Shown one piece after another: positions 58,132 to 64,000 of a stretch of DNA of 64,000 nucleotides (its first letter is position 1; each line of letters starts with the position of its first letter). A program made the translations under genes and the position numbers. The stretch covers positions 19,244-83,243 of the forward strand of contig JAQULM010000001.1 in the NCBI GenBank assembly GCA_028718605.1, in the 5' to 3' direction. Under the pieces are notes generated by a model. It ran no database searches. It saw nothing but the letters and a program-made list of their open reading frames with translations, and was not told where the DNA came from. The DNA is from Patescibacteria group bacterium. GTDB taxonomy: Bacteria > Patescibacteriota > Patescibacteriia > UBA10025 > JAHIVO01.

Positions 58132-59424
58132 ATGATTTTAATTGAAATATTCAAGCATAAACTTTTCAAACATTCCCTAATATATATAGCCACAAATATA
58201 ATAAATGCGGCTATACCTTTTTTAATATTACCAATATTAACAAGGTTACTCACACCGTCTGATTATGGCATTGTTTCTATGCTACAAATAGCTGAATCAG
58301 TATTAATTGTACTGGTCGGCCTTAATACTCACAATGCCATTACTGTTAATTATTATAAAATAGATAAGGAACAGCTGCGTATATATATAGGAAATGTATT
58401 GTTAATTCTTATTACGAGCTTGATGATTATTTTTATTGGAATCTATACTTTTTTACCAATACTCAATCATTATTTACAAATTCCTGACAAATGGTTGCTT
58501 GTCATTGTAGTAGTGGCATTTTTTCAATTTCTCATTACTGTTAATTTAGTACTATGGCGAGTAGAGCAAAAGCCAATTCCTTACGGAATTATGCAAATAT
58601 CGACAACATTACTTAATATAGCCCTATCATTAATGTTTGTAATAGCATTTCATTGGCAATGGCAGGGTAGAATTCTGGGCATAGTTTTTTCAACAATAAT
58701 TTTCGGAATAATTAGTTTGTATATTTTTTATAACAGAAAATATTTAAAAATTTCTATCAATTTAAAGTATATTAAAGATGCCCTAAAAATCGGTGTTCCT
58801 CTTATTCCTCATTCACTTGCCGGCTTAATTAATACATGGATTGATAGGATATTTATTACTATAATGCTAGGAATAAGTTTTACGGGTCTATATACAGTAG
58901 GGTATCAAGTAGGAATGGTAATTTTACTGATAGCTACTTCTTTTAATAATGCATGGGTACCTTTTCTTTTTCAAAAATTAAAAGAAAATAATTTTTTAAC
59001 AAAGATTAAAATAGTAAAATTTACCTATGTTTACTTTATTGGAATAATTGCATTGTCTTTAATTTTAGGTTTTATCGCTCCTTATATTTTTTCAATTTTT
59101 GTAGGGCCAAAATTTCAAACCGCGAGTAAATTTGTTATTTGGGTAGCGTTAGGTTATGCGTTTAATGGTATGTACTACATGATAACAAATTATATCTTTT
59201 ATGCTAAAAAAACATATATTTTAGCATGCGTTACGTTTTCTTCAGCTATTATTAATATCGCATTAAATTATTATTTAATCAAAGTTAATGGAGCACTTGG
59301 TGCGGCACAAGCAACTGCTATCTCCTATTTCATAGTATTTCTTGCTGTTTGGATACTTAGTGCTCGAACATATAAAATGCCTTGGAAATTATGGAAGGTA
59401 AAGTCCGAAAAATTAAATGGTTAA
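58132..59424 (+). CDS. wzx: Wzx-type oligosaccharide flippase (MOP superfamily)
   Basis: 430 aa with 12 or more TM, the PST/Wzx-like topology. It starts 1 bp after the dehydratase stop. Confidence 0.7.
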   Translation: MILIEIFKHKLFKHSLIYIATNIINAAIPFLILPILTRLLTPSDYGIVSMLQIAESVLIVLVGLNTHNAITVNYYKIDKEQLRIYIGNVLLILITSLMIIFIGIYTFLPILNHYLQIPDKWLLVIVVVAFFQFLITVNLVLWRVEQKPIPYGIMQISTTLLNIALSLMFVIAFHWQWQGRILGIVFSTIIFGIISLYIFYNRKYLKISINLKYIKDALKIGVPLIPHSLAGLINTWIDRIFITIMLGISFTGLYTVGYQVGMVILLIATSFNNAWVPFLFQKLKENNFLTKIKIVKFTYVYFIGIIALSLILGFIAPYIFSIFVGPKFQTASKFVIWVALGYAFNGMYYMITNYIFYAKKTYILACVTFSSAIINIALNYYLIKVNGALGAAQATAISYFIVFLAVWILSARTYKMPWKLWKVKSEKLNG

Positions 59425-59466
59425 TAAATTACCTAGTTCCTTTAATCATAAATTTTATATTATAAT

Positions 59467-59835
59467 ATGCCAATAAGGCGTTTTATTATTTCAGTTATTT
59501 TATTAGTATTGTTGCTTTTTGGAGTAAGCTTGATTATCTCGTTGTGGATTCCTCTTATTCAAGCGATGAAAATTACTTTTGGGACTTTTACGGTTATTGT
59601 ATTACCAGGGATTTCTTGGACATGGGTATTTTATGAAAAAAGGGAAATTGATTTTATAGAACGAATTATTATCTCTATCGCACTTTCTATTGCATTTATC
59701 CCATTGCTCTTATATATTTTAAAAAAGTTAAAAATGGAAATGTCCTTATTTACTATTCTGATTGCAATTGGAATTTCTTTTATTAGTGGTATTGCTGTTC
59801 TATTTATTAAAAAATTACAGAAAAATGGACATTAA
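59467..59835 (+). CDS. Small hypothetical membrane protein (4 TM)
   Basis: 122 aa hydrophobic ORF, followed by a terminator-like hairpin. Confidence 0.3.
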   Translation: MPIRRFIISVILLVLLLFGVSLIISLWIPLIQAMKITFGTFTVIVLPGISWTWVFYEKREIDFIERIIISIALSIAFIPLLLYILKKLKMEMSLFTILIAIGISFISGIAVLFIKKLQKNGH

Positions 59836-59906
59836 TAAGCAATTACTTATCAAGCTTGCAAGGAATAGTGTAATAAATAAACTCGTTTTTTGGAAAAGCG
59901 TATGAA

Positions 59907-59942
59907 GTTCTTGCTTACTAAGTAAGAACAATATCTTTTTTA
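59907..59942 (+). terminator. Candidate rho-independent terminator ending the NulO/flippase transcription unit
   Basis: GTTCTTgCTTA-c-TAAGtAAGAAC is an imperfect ~10-bp stem. It is followed by AATATCTTTTTT. Confidence 0.4.
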
Positions 59943-60149
59943 TGTTTACACCTTTTTAATAATTAGTCTATTAACTAGTTCAATCGGCTCATATATTAGT
60001 TCAATTTAAGACGAAGTAACATTAATATTATTTAATTGAAATGATAGTAAGATTAAACTTTTAATTCTTTTAAATAATAATTACATTTTTAATTTAATTA
60101 AAAATATTTTTCATAAAGGTACAGTATAAATTAAAAGGATTATAATATC

Positions 60150-61568
60150 ATGGCAAAAAAATATCAACAACTTATTAACGACTTGAAGGAATTTGAATTA
60201 AAAAATCATATTGAAAATTTATCGTTTCACGATCTCGACCTCTGGCCATTGGTTCGATTCAAAATTTTTATGAAATTGGTGACTGAAAAAAAAAGTAAAA
60301 GTAACCAAACTCTATTTTCAATAATAAAATTTTTAATATTTGCTTTTTTAAAAAACAACTTTAAAAAACTAAATTCCTTCACAGATATCAAATATATTTT
60401 TCTTGGTTCTGAAAATGGACGAAGGACTTTAAAACATGATAAAAGATATCACATTTTCATTGACGCACTAATTGATAAATATGACATTGAGAATTACTTA
60501 GTATTTGAATTAAATAATTCATATCCAGATATCCAAAAATACTCAAAAAATATATTGAGTATTGATTGGCTTATGATAAAAAACCGCTTTTTAGCAAATC
60601 TTCTTTATTTTGTAACGCCAATTACTTCCTATGAGCTTGGTAAGCTGCTAAAAGATTGGGATTTTAGTTACCTATCAATAACAAAGGCGGAAATAAAAAA
60701 AATGTTACACCTAACATACTTAGAGTACAAAGCAAACGCACATTCATTAAAACGAATAATAAAAAAAATTAGGCCAAAGATTCTTTTTCTCACCTGTTCG
60801 TATTGTTATTGGAACAACATGGCGATCCAGTTTTTTAATAAAAAAAATATAAAAACTGTCGAACTTCAACATGGTATAATTAATGAAAATCATGTTGGTT
60901 ATATTTATCCACAAAAGCGTACAGGCAATAGCATTCCTACACATTTTTTAGTTTTTGGAAAAAAAGAATTTGATATTTTAAAAGACAAAATAGATTCAAA
61001 CATTATTATTGAAGGTAACAACTATTTTCAATTAATACAAGAAAATAATTGTTTTGTGGAAAAAGATATCAATTTAGTCTGGCCGCAATTGAAAAATAAA
61101 AAAATTATCCTTGTAACTTCCCAGATGCTTACGTCGAGTGATTTGATCCCTTTTTTTGAAAAGGTGTCTAACTTGTTGAGCCCGGAATACTTTATTGTTT
61201 ATAGATTGCATCAGAATGAACGCGCAGGTTTTACGAAGAATAAATACTATAATTTACTTTTGAAAAAGAATGTTGTTATCCAAACTGATGATCGAATCTC
61301 ACTGCCCCAGCTTTTAAAAATAGCTTCAGTTCATACTAGTGTTTTTTCAACCGTTCTAGAAGAAGCTATAGCATTCTCTACGCCGAATATTATTATTAAA
61401 AAAGATGGATGGAAAAATGTGGAATATTTAGTGAAAAAAGGCTTTGCAGTTGCTGTCGACACACCTGAAGAATTTGTTGATTTAATCAAAAACTTTAAAA
61501 AAATGCCAAACATACAATCAGATTATTTCTATATAAAACAATCTAACGGACTTAAGCAGATATTATAA
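60150..61568 (+). CDS. Hypothetical soluble protein, candidate GT-B-type (CDP-glycerol / CMP-sugar transferase-like) glycosyltransferase
   Basis: 472 aa with no TM. The C-terminal half (KIILVTSQMLTSSDLIPFF...YRLHQNERAGF...VVIQTDDRISLPQLLKIASVHTSVFSTVLEEAIAFSTPNIII) has the alternating beta-alpha pattern and conserved His/Glu placement of TagF/capsule-synthesis-type GT-B enzymes. It lies directly after a CMP-NulO pathway. Confidence 0.35.
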   Translation: MAKKYQQLINDLKEFELKNHIENLSFHDLDLWPLVRFKIFMKLVTEKKSKSNQTLFSIIKFLIFAFLKNNFKKLNSFTDIKYIFLGSENGRRTLKHDKRYHIFIDALIDKYDIENYLVFELNNSYPDIQKYSKNILSIDWLMIKNRFLANLLYFVTPITSYELGKLLKDWDFSYLSITKAEIKKMLHLTYLEYKANAHSLKRIIKKIRPKILFLTCSYCYWNNMAIQFFNKKNIKTVELQHGIINENHVGYIYPQKRTGNSIPTHFLVFGKKEFDILKDKIDSNIIIEGNNYFQLIQENNCFVEKDINLVWPQLKNKKIILVTSQMLTSSDLIPFFEKVSNLLSPEYFIVYRLHQNERAGFTKNKYYNLLLKKNVVIQTDDRISLPQLLKIASVHTSVFSTVLEEAIAFSTPNIIIKKDGWKNVEYLVKKGFAVAVDTPEEFVDLIKNFKKMPNIQSDYFYIKQSNGLKQIL

Positions 61569-61630
61569 TTTATACTTTGTAGTATATTATTAAATATTCT
61601 GCAAAACTATCAATGAACACGCAATTATTA

Positions 61631-63094
61631 CTATTGAATACCTAAATCGTAAACAACGAATTCGTTCTCATGAAACAGGATAGGATACACTTGATTAAAA
61701 AAGAGCGTCGATTTTAATTTATTTACTGCTAAAAAGACGCGCTTATTCAAGTAAAATTTCTTTAGTTTATCGGCATTTAGTACATCGTTTTTGTATAGTT
61801 CCGAATAAATGCTATTTCTTGATTCAAAATTATTATAAACTAAAAAGCCACTATGTGTAAGTAGTGCGCTAGAATTTAACAGTACCGTGTTGTCATCAAT
61901 ATTATTATTGAGCCAATTTGCCTGATTAATTTGTGAATTACTAATAGCTACTCCACCGTGGATGTTATTTACTGTTACAACAAGACTTATCACTAAAAAA
62001 ACAAAGAGGCAAATAAAAACTAGAGGATAGTGAATAATATTTAATCTTTTTATCCCATACCCGGCAAGAAAAATAGTTGGAATTAATAAATATATTAACA
62101 TTCTTGCAGTGGGAATGAAAAGATGGAGCTGAGAACCCCTTGTTAATGCAAATGTAGCAACAACCCATGTAATTAAAAGATATTTTTCTCTTCCTTGAGT
62201 AAAGAATAAGACACAAGCTGCAATAATTGCGAAGAACAACGTCACTGGACCGATGCTCTTGATTAGTGATAACCATGAAATTGGTATATATTTGCTACTA
62301 TTACTTTGTGAAATTAATGTAAGTGCAGTTTCACCGACATTATTAACTGCATATCGTTGATAACGATTAATTAAATTTGATAAAACAGGTGAGGATACTA
62401 TAAATAGTAATAAGATAAAAACAAAAATTTGAAGTATAATTTTTTTTCTATTTGTTCGGTTTTTTACGAAATCACTAGCAATATAAAAAATAAAAGGGAA
62501 AAGGATTATGCCAAGGATAATCGCCGAAGGGTAATGAATGAGAAGACTTGCTGCGCAATAGATAGGTAAAGCGGCTTGAATTTTTCTATTCCGAATAGAT
62601 TTTACAACTTCGTAAAATACTAAAATATGAAATGGAATTACTAAATTTTCGGGAAATGTAATTATTGCGCGGAAAAAAACATAATTTGAACAAAGGAAAA
62701 GTAACGAAACTATTAAAGCAACGATTTTATTTTTAAATAGATAAGCTGCAACAAAAAAAATAATAAAAACTGTAAAAACTCTTGTAAAAAGTCCAAATAG
62801 TTTAAATAAATCTAAATAAGAAATGTCAGTCACTTCATGAAATGCAACTAAAAAAGTCCTCATGGAACTCGGGTACTCTGCATCGATCTTGCCACCTCCA
62901 AAAGTAGGTACTTCAGTTCCCAAAGGATTATGTGCGTCTAAAGCCTGGGTAATCGTGTAATGAAACCCCGGATCTAAAGTATAAAGATACGGTATCCGAT
63001 AAACTTCTTTTATTCCAAAAAGACTAAAAACGATGCAAAACAAAATAAGGATTAAAAATGGTATTTTAGAAATAATTCTTTGCTTATTAATCAT
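61631..63094 (-). CDS. Polytopic membrane protein with a C-terminal extracytoplasmic domain (GT-C-like / Wzy- or OTase-like candidate)
   Basis: The start is trimmed to ATG 63094 (MINKQRIISKIPFLILILF); the 536-aa ORF from 63241 would overlap the upstream GT4 coding sequence by 155 bp. About 11 TM, then a ~170-aa soluble C-terminal domain. Confidence 0.45.
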   Translation of the reverse strand: MINKQRIISKIPFLILILFCIVFSLFGIKEVYRIPYLYTLDPGFHYTITQALDAHNPLGTEVPTFGGGKIDAEYPSSMRTFLVAFHEVTDISYLDLFKLFGLFTRVFTVFIIFFVAAYLFKNKIVALIVSLLFLCSNYVFFRAIITFPENLVIPFHILVFYEVVKSIRNRKIQAALPIYCAASLLIHYPSAIILGIILFPFIFYIASDFVKNRTNRKKIILQIFVFILLLFIVSSPVLSNLINRYQRYAVNNVGETALTLISQSNSSKYIPISWLSLIKSIGPVTLFFAIIAACVLFFTQGREKYLLITWVVATFALTRGSQLHLFIPTARMLIYLLIPTIFLAGYGIKRLNIIHYPLVFICLFVFLVISLVVTVNNIHGGVAISNSQINQANWLNNNIDDNTVLLNSSALLTHSGFLVYNNFESRNSIYSELYKNDVLNADKLKKFYLNKRVFLAVNKLKSTLFFNQVYPILFHENEFVVYDLGIQ

Positions 63095-64000
63095 ATATCG
63101 TGTTATACTGTTTCGCCAACACAGTCCAATCATAAGCTTGAATTGCTTCTCTCGCTTCATGAGATGATTTTTTTGTATTAAAGGAAATCTCCAAAAGTTT
63201 TTCAATAAAGGAGTCCACGCTGAAATTATAGAGATAGACATTGCTCAATTCTTTGGCAATTTCGCGATGCGCAATTATGTCAGATGCTAAAACAGGAACA
63301 TTGCAGGCAAGATATTCAAGAATTTTTAAAGGAAAACTACAACGATAGGCAAGGTTATCGGGTAAATGACATATACCGACATCAAGCGACGAGATATACT
63401 TTGGTACATCGTCATGTTGGACTCTCCCTGTAAAAATAATTGATTTTGAGATACCAAGGCTATGAGATAAAGACTCTAAATCATTTTTTGCCGGACCATC
63501 CCCAACGAAAACGAGTTTATATTGAGAGTGATGAGCGAGAAGATGCTTGAACGCCTGCACAATAAAAATTAAATCGCGCTCATACGCAAACCCGCCGACA
63601 AAACCAATTACTATATTCTTAGGACTTCCTGCTAAAGATTTTTTAATTTCTTCGCAACGGACATAATGAAATTGTTGAGTATCAACTCCTGGTGGAATGA
63701 CAAATACTTCTTTATTCTTTAATCGTAATTTTTTTATATATAAATCACGTAATGTGTTACTGACAAAAACAAAACGCCATACGAACTTTGATAATATATA
63801 TTCGGAAAAATAAGCAATTGTTCTAAAAATTGAAGCGTAAATGGGATTAATATGCTTTCTCAAAACAGCTACATCAATCCATGGACTCCTTACATTATAG
63901 ATAATTTTTATCTTTTGGAAGATAAAAACTTTAAATAAAACAGCCCCTAATAACGAGGAGTTTGGTCGTATGCAATGGATTATATCGATTCGATTTTTTT
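63087..64000 (-). CDS. GT4-family glycosyltransferase (partial; N-terminus beyond the window end)
   Basis: I translated upstream of the track TTG start (63863) and the frame stays open to position 64000. The C-terminal Glycos_transf_1 domain is present (IGFVGGFAYERDLIFIVQAF...KLVFVGDGP...E-x7-E-like HREIAKE). Confidence 0.65.
   Translation of the reverse strand, partial: KNRIDIIHCIRPNSSLLGAVLFKVFIFQKIKIIYNVRSPWIDVAVLRKHINPIYASIFRTIAYFSEYILSKFVWRFVFVSNTLRDLYIKKLRLKNKEVFVIPPGVDTQQFHYVRCEEIKKSLAGSPKNIVIGFVGGFAYERDLIFIVQAFKHLLAHHSQYKLVFVGDGPAKNDLESLSHSLGISKSIIFTGRVQHDDVPKYISSLDVGICHLPDNLAYRCSFPLKILEYLACNVPVLASDIIAHREIAKELSNVYLYNFSVDSFIEKLLEISFNTKKSSHEAREAIQAYDWTVLAKQYNTIYD

Noticed and set aside
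63095-63241. Full 536-aa version of the 61631 membrane protein starting at 63241
   Set aside because: It would overlap the GT4 coding sequence by 155 bp. The internal Met at 63094 is followed by a typical signal-anchor and gives an 8-bp overlap, as elsewhere in this locus.

Overview
This 64 kb window is a densely coded, low-GC bacterial chromosomal segment. It is mostly housekeeping genes. I think (inference) it comes from a small-genome uncultured lineage such as Patescibacteria/CPR. The reasons are compact overlapping operons, a type IV pilus machinery with very large pilins and no secretin, many small membrane proteins, and weak or absent Shine-Dalgarno sequences.

Contents from left to right:
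- A secreted FG-GAP repeat protein that runs off the window start.
- A KefB-like cation/proton antiporter.
- Several hypothetical membrane proteins, then a PrsA/parvulin-like foldase.
- A minus-strand division/cell-wall block: mraY-murD-ftsW-murG-murC-(plus-strand ORF)-murB-secA-pgeF.
- A plus-strand type IV pilus locus: pilB, pilC, three pilin-like genes (two of them very large), pilM/N/O.
- rpmA, then a minus-strand operon murA-ctpA-acyP-rplI-pyrG.
- A PEGA-domain protein, then a minus-strand dTDP-rhamnose operon (rfbA-rfbC-rfbD-[HD]-rfbB) with Nudix, cupin and ahcY genes.
- From about 42.8 kb onward a very AT-rich accessory region that holds the most interesting material: a GT-C glycosyltransferase with a large extracytoplasmic partner and a Cys-rich DUF11-like surface protein; a WbpB/WbpD/WbpE-like di-N-acetyl-sugar module; and a six-gene nonulosonic-acid cluster of the legionaminic-acid type (NeuA/NeuB/NeuC homologs plus hexapeptide acetyltransferase, DegT aminotransferase and PseB-like dehydratase). 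This is followed by a Wzx flippase, a candidate GT-B transferase, a GT-C-like membrane protein and a partial GT4.

I found no rRNA, tRNA, CRISPR array or mobile element. Promoters and terminators are only called where I could read the motifs directly. All functional calls come from motifs I recognised in the translations; no database search was run.
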